Source: Phyllobates terribilis (taxonomy: Eukaryota). From it: 64,000 nucleotides of DNA. Below the pieces are notes generated by a model. The model ran no database searches and was not told the DNA's origin. It saw only the letters and a program-made list of their open reading frames with translations. The position numbers were made by a program, and so were the translations under genes. Location: positions 576,042,001-576,106,000 of the forward strand of contig NW_027362771.1 of the NCBI RefSeq assembly GCF_046119375.1, given 5' to 3'. Positions 49,193-60,489 of the stretch are shown here, piece by piece (the first letter of the stretch is position 1; each line of letters starts with the position of its first letter).

Positions 49193-50190
49193 CTAGGGAG
49201 GGACCACCGCCTGAAGTACCCTTCTCCCAAAAGGTGAGGTCAGAGGAGGACAGATCCAACCGATAGTGTTTATAGAAGGTGGATGGTGTCTGCCCTCTCC
49301 GCCCAGGAGGTTGCGACGGCTCTGGTGGAATGAGCCTTGACAATGTCCGGGGCCGGAACTCCTGTCGATGTATATGCTAAACAAATGGCCTCCCTAAGCC
49401 ACCTAGAAGTGGTACCCTTGGACACCCCGTGACCTTTCCTATTCCCCTGAAAGGCCAGGAACAAGGAATGGTCCTTCCTCCATACACTAGTCATGTTAAT
49501 GTACTGTAGTAGGGATCTTCTAACATCTAGGTTGTGGAACCTAACTTCCCCTGGGTTTTTTGGATTGCTGCAAAATGAGGGTAGTACAATCTCCTGGTTA
49601 CAGTGAAATCTAGATACCACCTTGGGAAGGTATGCTGAATCAGGTCGCAAGGTGACCCTATCATCATAAATTTGTGTGTAGGGAGGATCAACCGAAAGGG
49701 CCTGCAGGTCACCCACCCTACGAGCAGACGTTAAGGCCACTAAGAGGATGGTCTTAAGGGTGAGGATCTTTGGAGAGCCATCCTGTAAGGGCTCGAACGG
49801 GTCACTGGTAAGTGCGTTCAAGACCAAATTCAGGTCCCAGGAAGGAACTCTAAGGGACCGAACCGGTCTGGCTCTGGCACAGGACTTGATAAATCTAGAG
49901 ACCCACCTGTTCCCAGCCAAGTTACAATTATAGAGTGCCCCCAAGGCAGACACCTGAACTTTAAGGGTCCCCATGGCTAGACCCAGGTCACGCCCCTTTT
50001 GCAGAAACTCCAGGATTCCCTTGATTGGTGGCTTGTCTGATAACGGGGCATCAATAAATTCTAGAAATTTCCTCCAGACTCGGTTATAAATTTTAGTCGT
50101 TATTGGTTTCCTACTACCCAGCAAGGTAGAGACTAACCCTGGTGAAAACCCCTTATTACTTAGTAGTGACCTCTCAAATTCCACGCCACA
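49193..50190 (-). pseudogene. DIRS tyrosine recombinase, broken just before the catalytic Tyr
   Basis: ALTSARRVGDL and HSTRAVATSWAE are in frame. The PSTFYKHYRLD segment is out of frame after an apparent short deletion at about 49290. Confidence 0.85.
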
Positions 50191-51060
50191 ATATGGAAAC
50201 CTCTGGCTTGGGAGTGGAATACTGGTCCCTGAATGAGAAGGTCCGGCCTCTCTGGTAGAACCCAGGGATCTGAAACCGACATTAGTCGAAGCAGGGAGAA
50301 CCAAGGCCTCTTGGGCCAAAAAGGGGCTATAAGAATTACCCTTGCGCCTTCCTCCCGAATCTTCCTCACCACTGCTGGAACCATTACTAACGGGGGAAAG
50401 GCATAGGCCTTCCTGAACTTCCAAGGAATCTGGAGGGCATCCTCGGCATGGGGATTTTCTGCTGGGTTTAAGGAACAGAATCTGTCTACCTTCCTGTTTG
50501 CTCTTGTGGCGAACAGATCTATGTCTGGCTGTCCCCATAACTGGACAATCTGTCGGAAGACCCCCGGGTTTAAGCTCCATTCCCCCTGTCTTAGGGTGTG
50601 GCGTCTGAGAAAGTCTGCCCTTACGTTTTCCACCCCCCTTATGTGAAGGGCACTGAGGGATGGGAGGTGTTGCTCTGCCAGATGAAGGATTCTGTCTGCC
50701 ACAGCCATCAGGGAGCGTGACCTTGTTCCCCCCTGGTGATTTACATAGGCTATTGATGTCCGGTTGTCGGACCTGACCTGGACGTGGTGACCCTGAATGT
50801 GAGGAAGGAAGCCTATCAGGGATTTCTCCACTGCCCAAAGTTCTTTTAAGTTTGAGGATGCCCCCATCTCGTGGTATGTCCAGTGACCCTGTACTGAGAG
50901 CTCTGCTAGATGACCCCCCCATCCGGAGCTGCTCGCATCGGTCGTAATCACCCGATCTACTGGTCTGGACCACTGCACGCCTGAGGTCAGATTTCCCCTG
51001 TCTGTCCACCATGAAAGGGAATCTACAGCTTCTGGGGAGAGAGAAAACTTGCTTTCTAAA
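50160..51060 (-). pseudogene. DIRS pol remnant: RNase H plus DAM-like methyltransferase domain; RT core absent
   Basis: SLSWW ... ITTDASSSGWG ... NLKELWAV ... SDNRT ... DIDLFAT ... AYAFPP. No YxDD motif in the ORF. Confidence 0.85.
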
Positions 51061-51929
51061 CGCCCATTGAAGGACCTCTGACTTCTGATTTCCCCATTAC
51101 CAAAAAGTCTAAATAGGGAACGATCATTTCGGAGGTTGTAGAGGAACCGATGATTCCTTTCTGGATGGTCCAGAGGTGTTTGACACCTTGCTCCTGCGGC
51201 TGCCACTGCGATTGCTCAAGCGGCTGTCCGTGTAAGAGGCGTCCGTCCGTTGCTGAATGGGTGGGTGGGGGGGTTGCTGCTGCTCTTGGCTATCCTGGCC
51301 AGCCATGTTTCAGAAGCGTTACATGCTCCCAGGATAACCCCCCCCCCCCCCTAATATAGGGCCATCCAGAACCTCTTCCGGTTCAGGGGACCTTGGATGG
51401 GGCGCCGCCCCCTAACGTCACCCGTCACGCCATCTCCCAGCATGCCCCACGCCGTGACGTCAGGCGCGTCATACCCGGAAGCTGCCGCTCCGGAGCGTGG
51501 CCGACAGGAGCGGCAGGGGGAGGGCGGCGCAGCGGTCTACGAGAAGCCGGAGCCTGCCTCACCGCGTGCGCCAGCTCGGACGCAGGACCCCAGGGGAGCT
51601 GCGGTTGGCACTTCTGGAGGCTGGAACCCGGTGCACAGGCCAGTGCCTGCTCTTCCACACCGGAACAGACCCAGGTAAGTCTTCTTTTTCCAGACAGGTT
51701 CCCATCAAGGACAGGAAACCAACTGAAGCGAGGGAGAGGTACCGCCCTTTTATTTCAGACGGTTTCCTGTCCTTGATGGGGCGGATCCCTCTCTCAAGGT
51801 GTGCTGTCATGGGTGAGGGGAAAAATATATATTTTTCATACCATTTTCTTTGTATTGAAAAATAAATTGGTTTTTTTCAATACAAAGAAAATTTGATAAG
51901 TAATATTTCTTTTTATTAATGTGTACACA

Positions 51930-52277
51930 AATATATATCGTTATTACACAGATTATTAATAATTTCTAAAATACTCTAAAAATATTACACATGTGTAATT
52001 TTTAGAATATTTTATGTATAGAGTTATTAGAAAAAATATAAATATATCATTTATAAAATATTTTTATTATAAGCATATTACTCACACACGTGTGTGATAT
52101 ACATTATATATAAATATAATGTATCACATAATATGCTTATAATAAAAATATTTTATAAATGATATTTTTATTATTTGTGTACTAACTTATGTAATTTCTA
52201 AATTATAAAAAAATTACATGGGTGTAATATTTATAGTATTTTAGAAAATATTAAAGTGTGTAATAATATAATATATA
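51930..52277. repeat. AT-rich palindrome
   Basis: Perfect 36 bp arms at 52044-52079 and 52130-52165, with imperfect outer arms and a self-complementary spacer. Confidence 0.8.
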
Positions 52278-53906
52278 CAGTACAGACCAAAAGTTTGGAC
52301 ACACCTTCTCATTTAAAGATTTTTCTGTATTTTCTTGACTATGGAAATTGTACATTCACACTGAAGGCATCAAAACTATGAATTAACACATGTGGAATTA
52401 TATACTTAACAAAAAAGTGTGAAACAACTGAAAATATGTCTTATATTCTAGGTTCTTCAAAGTAGCCACCTTTTGCTTTGATGACTGCTTTGCACACTCT
52501 TGCCATTCTCTTGAGGAGCTTCAAGAGGTAGTCACCGGCAATGGTTTTCACTTCACAGGTGTGCCCTGTCAGGTTTAATAAGTGGGATTTCTTTCCTTAT
52601 AAATGGGGTTGGGACCATCAGTTGTGTTGTGCAGAAGTCGGGTGGATACACAGCTGATAGTCCTACTGAATAGACTGTTAGAATTTGTATTATGGCAAGA
52701 AAAAAGCAACTAAGTAAAGAAAAACGAGTGGCCATTATTACTTTAAGAAATGAAGGTCAGTCAGTGCGAAAAATTGGGCAAACTTTGAAAGTGTCCCCAA
52801 GTGCAATTGCAAAAACCATCAAGCGCTGCAAAGAAACTGGCTCACATGAGGACCGCCCCAGGAAAGGAAGACCAAGAGTCACCTCTGCTTCTGAGGATAA
52901 GTTTATCCGAGTCACCAGCCTCAGAAGTCGCAGGTTAATAGCAGCTCAGATTAGAGACCAGGTCAATGCCACACAGAGTTCTAGCAGCAGACACATCTCT
53001 ACAACAACTGTTAAGAGGAGACTTTGTGCAGCAGGCCTTCATGGTAAAATAGCTGCTAGGAAACCACTGCTAAGGACAGGCAACAAGAAGAAGAGACTTG
53101 TTTGGGCTAAAGAACACAAGAAATGGACATTAGACCAGTGGAAATCTGTGCTTTGGTCTGATGAGTCCAAATTTGAGATCTTTGGTTCCAACCACCGTGT
53201 CTTTGTGCGACGCAGAAAAGGTGAACGGATGGACTCTACATGCCTGGTTCCCACCGTGAAGCATGGAGGAGCAGGTGTGATGGTGTGGGGGTGCTTTGTG
53301 GTGACACTGTTGGGGATTTATTCAAAATTGAAGGCATACTGAACCAGCATGGCTACCACAGCATCTTGCAGCGGCATGCTATTCCATCCGGTTTGCGTTT
53401 AGTTGGACCATCGTTTATTTTTCAACAGGACAATAACCCCAAACACACCTCCAGGCTGTGTAAGGGCTATTTGACCAAGAAGGAGAGTGATGGGGTGCTA
53501 CGCCAGATGACCTGGCCTCCACAGTCACCAGACCTGAACCCAATCGAGATGGTTTGGGGTGAGCTGGACCGCAGAGTGAAGGCAAAAGGGCCAATAAGTG
53601 CTTAACATCTCTGGGAACTCCTGCAAGATTGTTGGAAGACCATTTCTGGTGACTACCTCTTGAAGCTCATCAAGAGAATGCCAAGAGTGTGCAAAGCAGT
53701 CATTAAAGCAAAAGGTGGCTACTTTGAAGAACCTAGAATATAAGACATATTTTCAGTTGTTTCACACTTTTTTGTTAAGTATATAATTCCACATGTGTTA
53801 ATTCATAGTTTTGATGCCTTCAGTGTGAAAGTACAATTTTCATAGTCAAGAAAATACAGAAAAATCTTTAAATGAGAAGGTGTGTCCAAACTTTTGGTCT
53901 GTACTG
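52278..53906 (+). mobile_element. Tc1/mariner element, DD38E (Intruder-type), transposase pseudogene at 52692-53743
   Basis: About 260 bp TIRs from CAGTACAGACCAAAAGTTTGGACACACC overlapping the ORF 3' end, TA TSD. QQDNNPKH ... WPPQSPDLNPIE has 38-residue spacing. One frameshift (about 53296) and one premature stop (53603). Confidence 0.92.
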
Positions 53907-54005
53907 TACACACACATTTGTATTAATCATTTCTAAAATATAAAATTACATATGAGCAATATTTTTATAATATTTTAGAAATTAATAAAAGTGTTTAATT
54001 ATATA

Positions 54006-55762
54006 CACTGCTCAAAAAAATAAAGGGAACACTTAAATCAAACTACTGTGAAATCAAACTGTCCACTTAGGAAGCAACACTGATTGACAATCAATTTCAC
54101 ATGCTGTTGTGCAAATGGAATAGACAATAGATGGAAATTATTGGCAATTATCAAGACACCCTCAATAAAGGAGTGGTTCTGCAGGTGGGGACCACAGACC
54201 ACATCTCAGTACCAATGTTTTTTGGTCACTTTTGAGTGTTGGTTGTGCTTTCACACTCGTAGTAGCATGAGACGGACTCTACAACCCACAGAAGTTGCTC
54301 AGGTAGTGCAGCTCATCCAGGATAGCACATCAATGCGAGCAGTGGCAAGAAGGTTTGCTGTGTCTGCCAGCGTAGTGTCCAGAGGCTGGAGGCGCTACCA
54401 GGAGACAGGCCAGTACACCAGGAGACATGGAAGGGGCCATAGGAGGGCAACAACCCAGCAGCAGGACCGCTACCTCCGCCTTTGTGCAAGGAGGAACAGG
54501 AGGAGCACTGCCAGAGCCCTGCAAAATGACCCCTGCAGGCCACAAATGAGCATGTGTCTGCACAAACGGTTAGAAACCGACTCCATGAGGGTGGTATGAG
54601 GGCCCGACGTCCACAGATGGGGGTTTTGCTCACAGCCCAACACCGTGCAGGACGCTTGGCATTTGCCACAGAACACCAGGATTGGCAAAGTCGCCACTGG
54701 CACCCTGTGCTCTTCACAGATGAAAGCAGGTTCACACTGAGCACATGTGACAGACGTGACAGAGTCTGGAGACGCCGTGGAGAGCAATCTGCTGCCTGCA
54801 ACATCCTTCAGCATGACCGGTTTGGCAGTGGGTCAGTAATGGTGTGGGGTGGCATTTCTTTGGAGGGTCTCACAGCCCTCCATGTGCTCGCCAGAGGTAG
54901 CCTGACTGCCATTAGGTACCGAGATGAGATCCTCAGACCCCTTGTGAGACCATATGATGATGCGGTTGGCCCTGGGTTCCTCCTAATGCAGGACAATGCC
55001 AGACCTCATGTGGCTGGAGTGTGTCAGCAGCTCCTGCAAGATGAAGGCATTGAAGCTATGGACTGGCCCGCCCGTTCCCCAGACCTGAATCCGATTGAGC
55101 ACATTTGGGACATCATGTCTCGCTCCATCCACCAACGTCACGTTGCACCACAGACTGTCCAGGAGTTGGCGGATGCTTTAGTCCAGGTCTGGGAGGAGAT
55201 CCCACAGGAGACCATCCGCAACCTCATCAGGAGCATGTCCAGGCGTTGTAGGGAGGTCATACAGGCACGTGGAGGCCACACACAATACTCAGCCTCATCA
55301 GGAGCATGCCCAGGCGTTGTAGGGAGGTCATACAGGCACGTGGAGGTCACACACAATACTGAGCCTCATCAGGAGCATGCCCAGGCGTTGTAGGGAGGTC
55401 ATACAGGCACGTGGAGGCCACACACAATACTCAGCCTCATCAGGAGCATGCCCAGGCGTTGTAGGGAGGTCATACAGGCACGTGGAGGCCACGCACAATA
55501 CTGAGCCTCAGTTTGACTTGTTTTAAGGACATTACATCACAGTTGGATCAGCCTGTAGTGTGTTTTTCCACTTTAATTTTGGGGGTGACTCCAAATCCAG
55601 GCCTCCATTGGTTAATAAATGTGATTTCCATTGATGATTTTTGTGTGATTTTGTTGTCAGCACATTCAACTTTGTACAGAACAAAGTATTCAATGAGAAT
55701 ATTTCATTCATTCAGATCTAGGATGTGTTATTTCAGTGTTCCCTTTATTTTTTTGAGCAGTG
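54006..55762 (+). mobile_element. Tc1 element, DD34E, short TIRs, frameshifted transposase from ATG 54267
   Basis: TIR CACTGCTCAAAAAAATAAAGGGAACAC, TA TSD. MQDNARPH ... WPARSPDLNPIE has 34-residue spacing. Frameshift near 54540; 4 x 71 bp tandem at the 3' end. Confidence 0.92.
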
Positions 55763-55767
55763 TAATA

Positions 55768-55815
<48 letters not shown>

Positions 55816-56427
55816 ATACACACACACACATATTTTTTAATACAAAAGGTAAAATATTTTATTAATATGTAAAAAAAACAAAATATATTACACATTAATA
55901 AAATTTTATAAAACATTTTTATTGTAAAAAAAAAAGGATTATATATTATACACACACATATGAATATAGAGAAAAAATATTAACAAAATAAGAGCGCAAA
56001 AACAGAAATTAACTACAGCGGGAAGGGGTTAAAAGTGATGTCGCCAGACCAAAGTCACCTATAAGAGGTAATAAAGTTTTCTGTATAAGGCATGCTGACA
56101 GCTGTAGTGCCCCAGCATAACACAGCCTGTGTGATGAGGGAGGAGACGAGTTATTGAAACACCCCCTAGTCTCTCCTACATTGGAGGTTCCCTTCAGTAC
56201 GTCTTATTACAGCTCAGTGCACATTGTGCGTCTATAACACGAGGCTGCAGGAGAAACTTTGTTTCCTCTCATGATATAGAAGTTCCCTGCACATTCACCG
56301 AGTTTATAGCTGCTGAACTACATCTCCCAGCGTCCCCACCCACTAGCCCGGCTGGAGAGCATCATGGGAAATGTAGTCCCTGAGCCGCAGGAGCGCTCCG
56401 CAGGCACATTGGGGCCGGGGCACTTAC

Positions 56428-56469
56428 CTTTCCCTTCAGGTCCAGGATGAAGACGGCGGAGGCGGACAT
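56428..56469 (-). CDS. AP1M2: AP1M2 exon 1 (AP-1 complex subunit mu-2 / mu1B)
   Basis: gtcaccATG TCC GCC TCC GCC GTC TTC ATC CTG GAC CTG AAG GGA AAG|gtaagt = MSASAVFILDLKGK. The 12 exons sum to 1272 nt. Confidence 0.96.
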
Positions 56470-56571
56470 GGTGACTGCTGGGTGCAATGTGAAGGAAGGG
56501 GACAGAGCTGATAAGAAGCGACTGCCACTGTGTCAGCTCCTCAATGGCTGCCACCTTCCTCTTCCTGTGTG

Positions 56572-56651
56572 CACCTGTCTGACGTCACCAGCTCAGGTAC
56601 AAGCCAGGTGTGAACTCCTTAAAGGGCCCGCCCCCTGTCCTCTCTTACCTG
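56572..56651. promoter_or_regulatory. AP1M2 proximal promoter with clustered CAGGT(G/A) E-boxes and a CRE
   Basis: cacctg 56572, tgacgtca 56580, caggta 56594, caggtg 56605, tacctg 56646. Confidence 0.5.
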
Positions 56652-57047
56652 CTGCAGGCACAAGCAGGAGGGGGTGCGGTCCCTTTAAATTAGAGGAGCA
56701 GTGGCAGGGGTGGAGGCACAGGGCTGACTTTTCAGGTTTTTCAACTGTGGCTGATAAAGGTCTTTCGTTTTATGCAAAAAATTTATACCGTAAAACTGAG
56801 AAAGAAATGTACGGATGTGTACAGGATGTGATTCGACAAGTTTCTCATCATCGCAGTTGGTAGAAATCGACCACAAGTTGGGACCACTGCCAGAAACTTC
56901 TGGGGACGTCACGTGACCCCTATCAATAGCTGAAAAAATTTTTGTGTGTTTTTGGTGCATGTCCCCTTAAAAAAAAAAAAGATCCCTGTGGTGGGGGTCC
57001 ATGATCCACAAAAGACAACAGTCCTATCATTAGGACCCTTGTGAGTG

Positions 57048-57119
57048 GCGCCCCCTGCTGGATGGTGCTTAGCATCCTATATGTGTACATTGCATGAGTG
57101 AAGCACTGCCCCCTACTGG
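57048..57119 (-). promoter_or_regulatory. Tandem pair of CTCF consensus matches upstream of AP1M2
   Basis: CCAGCAGGGGGCGC (57061-57048) and CCAGTAGGGGGCAG (57119-57106), both 14/14. Confidence 0.65.
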
Positions 57120-57236
57120 AGACCAACAGCACTACAGAGTGGTGTGACTGGGGCAAGGGCCAAGGGGCGCAGACGTGGCGGCCGTACTCGGTCCTGGGAG
57201 TGGACACCGGTCCTATAACTGACACTCAATATTTAA

Positions 57237-58070
57237 AGGGACAGTCCACCTTATTTTTCTCTTCATTGCAGGTATTTGGGGCTAAAACCTATTTTTGCAA
57301 TTGGGTTTCATTAAAGATTTTGCACCGTTTGTCTTTTACAGGTTCTTTGCTTCCCAACACATTCGACTTTGATGTGGTCTGCGGTCATAAATCAGCTCAG
57401 AAAAAGACAGATAACAGAGATACTAACTCCTTATCCGATGTGCTCGCTGCCGGGTTCTCACTTAACACATTCTACAGCCGTAATAGTATACCACAGAGGC
57501 TATAGAAGGCAAAGTTAGAATGCGCTCACTGATGGATTGTCAGTTAACTCATTCTACAGCCGGTATACTATACCACAGAGGCTATAGAAGGCAAAGTTAG
57601 AATGCGCTCACTGATGGATTGTCAGTTAACTCATTCTACAGCCGGTATACTATACCACAGAGGCTATAGGAGGCAAAGTTAGAATGCGCTCACTGATGGA
57701 TCCCCAGTTAACTCATTCTACAGCCGGTATACTATACCACAGAGGCTATAGGAGACAAAGTTAGAATAAGCTCACTGATGGATCCCCAGTTAACTCATTC
57801 TACAGCCGGTATACTATACCACAGAGGCTATAGGAGACAAAGTTAGAATAAGCTCACTGATGGATCCCCAGTTAACTCATTCTACAGCCGGTATACTATA
57901 CCACAGAGGCTATAGGAGGCAAAGTTAGAATAAGCTCACTGATGGATCCCCAGTTAACTCATTCTACAGCCAACAATAGTCAATGCAACAGATTATAAAA
58001 GGCAAATGGGGGAGGAAGAAAATAAAACAAGTGCAGGTCACTACTTTAATGCCGATCCTGATGGAATCTG
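57237..58070. mobile_element. TTAA-type MITE with an internal 82 bp tandem array (57470-57970, about 6 copies)
   Basis: Starts ttaa|AGGGACAGTCCACC. A related single-copy element lies at about 42010-42485. Confidence 0.65.
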
Positions 58071-58328
58071 CTCCAAACTAAGCCCTGTCCAATCAAATAC
58101 TGCAAAAAAAAAAACAACTAGTAAATAGTTTTTTTCCCCCATACATTTTTCAAAACCGCCTCAAGGAACAAAAAAATAATAATTCTACATACTGTAAAGT
58201 GGATTTCCCATAGAAATGATTAGAAAGTTTTCCAAACTTTTTTTTAATTTTCGAGAGGATTTTTAAAAAGGATCTGCTAAAAAAATAAAAAAAAGTTTGG
58301 AAAACTGTCGGCCAACAACTATCTAGTG

Positions 58329-58440
58329 CAGTGTTTCCCAAACTCAAGTCCTCACGGCCCCCCACAGGTCATGTTTTCAGGGTCTCCTTAGTATTACACA
58401 GGTGAGAGAATTCCTGATGCCTTGATGATACTCCAATCAC
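58329..58440. mobile_element. Half of an hAT MITE, same family as 60771-60956
   Basis: CAGTGTTTCCCAAACTCAAGTCCTCA...CAGGTCATGTTTTCAGG; second arm not found. Confidence 0.55.
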
Positions 58441-58447
58441 TGTGTAA

Positions 58448-59418
58448 GGCTGAGTTCACACGATGCGTTTTTAATGCGTTTCCGCGGCGTTTTTGCAGTT
58501 GCGGAAACGCATTAAAAACGCATGGTAGAAGGGCAGCAATGTTCCCCAATGGAAATCCGCATGTGCTGTGCCCATGATGCGGATTTTTCCGCAGCATGTC
58601 AATTAATTTTGCGGAAACGCTGCTCTTTTGCCGCCATTGACTTCCATTAGACCACATGGAATCCGCATCACTGTATATGTTGATGCGCTTTTCATGCGGT
58701 CTAATGTGCGGATGGTACCCGGGTGTGGATGAGAGGACTCTCATCCAGACCCAGGTACCATTAAAAAAAAAAGAATAAAATAAAAAATATATATATACTC
58801 ACCTTCTGACGGCCCGCGCAGCGCTCCTGCTTGGTTCCCTGCACTTCGCGGTTGAATGAAGAAGGACCTTCGCTGACGTCAGAGTCATGTGACGAGTCAC
58901 GTGACGCTGACGTCGGCAGGTCCTTCAGTCTTCACTGCCGGTAGCCGGGACCGAGCGAAGCAGGACACCGGGGGCCATCGGAGGGTAGTATATATTTATT
59001 TTTTGACATTCACACACTATATAAATCCATGCCGGTTGCCGGTTGCATGGATTTATATAGTGTGAAGTTGACAAGCACTTTCCAAGTGATGCTAAAATCG
59101 CTTGGAAAAGCGCTTGACAACCCGCATGCGGAAATGCCAGTGAAGAACGCTTCACATCCGCATGTCCCTGGCAGGAAAAACACATGTACAATCCACATGT
59201 ACAATCCGCCTGTACAATCCTCATGTACAATCCGCCTGTACAATCCTCATGTACAATCCGCCTGTACAATCCTCATGTACAATCCGCATGTACAATCCGC
59301 ATGCACAATCCACCTGTACAATCCGCATGCACAATCCGCATGCATTTTTTCCTGCCAGGGAGATGCAGAAACGCTCAGGAAAAAATCCTGAGCATTTCTG
59401 CATCGTGTGCACATAGCC
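58448..59418. mobile_element. PIF/Harbinger-type MITE with an internal 13/26 bp tandem (59185-59340)
   Basis: TIRs GGCT(GA/AT)GT(T/G)CACACGATGC; flanks TAA/TTA (TWA-type, not identical). Confidence 0.65.
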
Positions 59419-60489
59419 TTATGGATGGGGCAAGGAAACAAGTCCAGACTGCCCCCTCCACTATAGAGATAGAGAGCCGTCATCCCCAGAGTGCTGTCTG
59501 ACAGGCCCTGGCTCTTGTGGAGCTCAGAAGGCAGCACCCAAAAAATACAGAAAAGTGCGACTCAGAATAACCACGCCCAAAAGTGTGTGTTCTGCTGTCG
59601 GATATTCCTCGAGCTTAAATTCACCAAATTTGGTGTTTTAACGGGGGCATTATTTCCAGGGCAGAAGACAAAGGAAAGCCAGGGGCGAATCTGGGGAGGG
59701 AGAGGGGGGCTAGGCGGGGCATTTGCTCCGGGCGCAGCTGTTAGGTGGGCACTGTCAGGTCATCTGGTGCGGTGGTCCGAGGCGTCTCCCCAGCGGCTGC
59801 ATTTTGCTCCAGTGGAGCTGAAGACACCGAAGATTTTTTCTAAGAGGAAGGGGAAGGATTTGAGGACAAAGTATGGGGAGCGAGTAAAGGCATGGGTGCA
59901 GATATAGTATGGGAGTGAGGGAAGGGGCGGTGCAGACAGTATTGGGAGTGAGAGGAGGATGGGTGCAGACATAGTATTGGGAGTGAATGAGGGGTGGGTA
60001 CAAACACCATATTGGGTGGGGGGAATAAGTATAGACACAGTATTGTGAGCGAGGGGGAAAATGGGTGTGGACACAGTATGGGGAGCAGGGGGGGGGGATG
60101 TATGAGGAAGCAGTATGTGGGAGATGGGTGTTGAAAACATTAGGGGAAGTTAGGGGCGGGTGCAGGGGGAGGAGGGTGGTATGTGTGAGGAGACAATATG
60201 GTTAGCGGGGAGTGGTGGGAGAGATATGTGAGGAGACACTGAGGGATGGGGGAACTGTGTGAGACCATTGAGAGGAATAGTGTGAGGAGACTGTATAGGG
60301 GAGAAAAGTGTGAAGGCACAGAATAGAGACTGGGTAGTGTGGTGGGGGGCGGTATAGAGAGGGGCACAATAGGGGGGACATAGTGTGATTCTATAGTGCT
60401 ATGTAAATAAATAATAATACTGGGCCCCCTCTTCACACTGTCCTCTCACATTACGCGCCCCCCCCCCCTATTGTGCCCAGTCTCTATAC

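Larger units (their letters stand above)
48835..51823 (-). mobile_element. DIRS1-like tyrosine-recombinase retroelement, internally deleted (about 3.0 kb)
   Basis: ITRs at about 48844-48937 and 51720-51813. ICR at about 49086-49170 with halves complementary to both termini. T-run ends; overlapping RNase H/MT and YR frames. Confidence 0.93.

Noticed and set aside
49193-49310. Programmed frameshift at the end of the DIRS recombinase
   Set aside because: The usual ICxAATW-type segment is missing, which fits a deletion; a second frame slip follows.
49270-51012. 580 aa ORF as one novel protein
   Set aside because: The N-terminal half is the alternative frame overlapping pol, normal for DIRS; only the C-terminal part is the YR.
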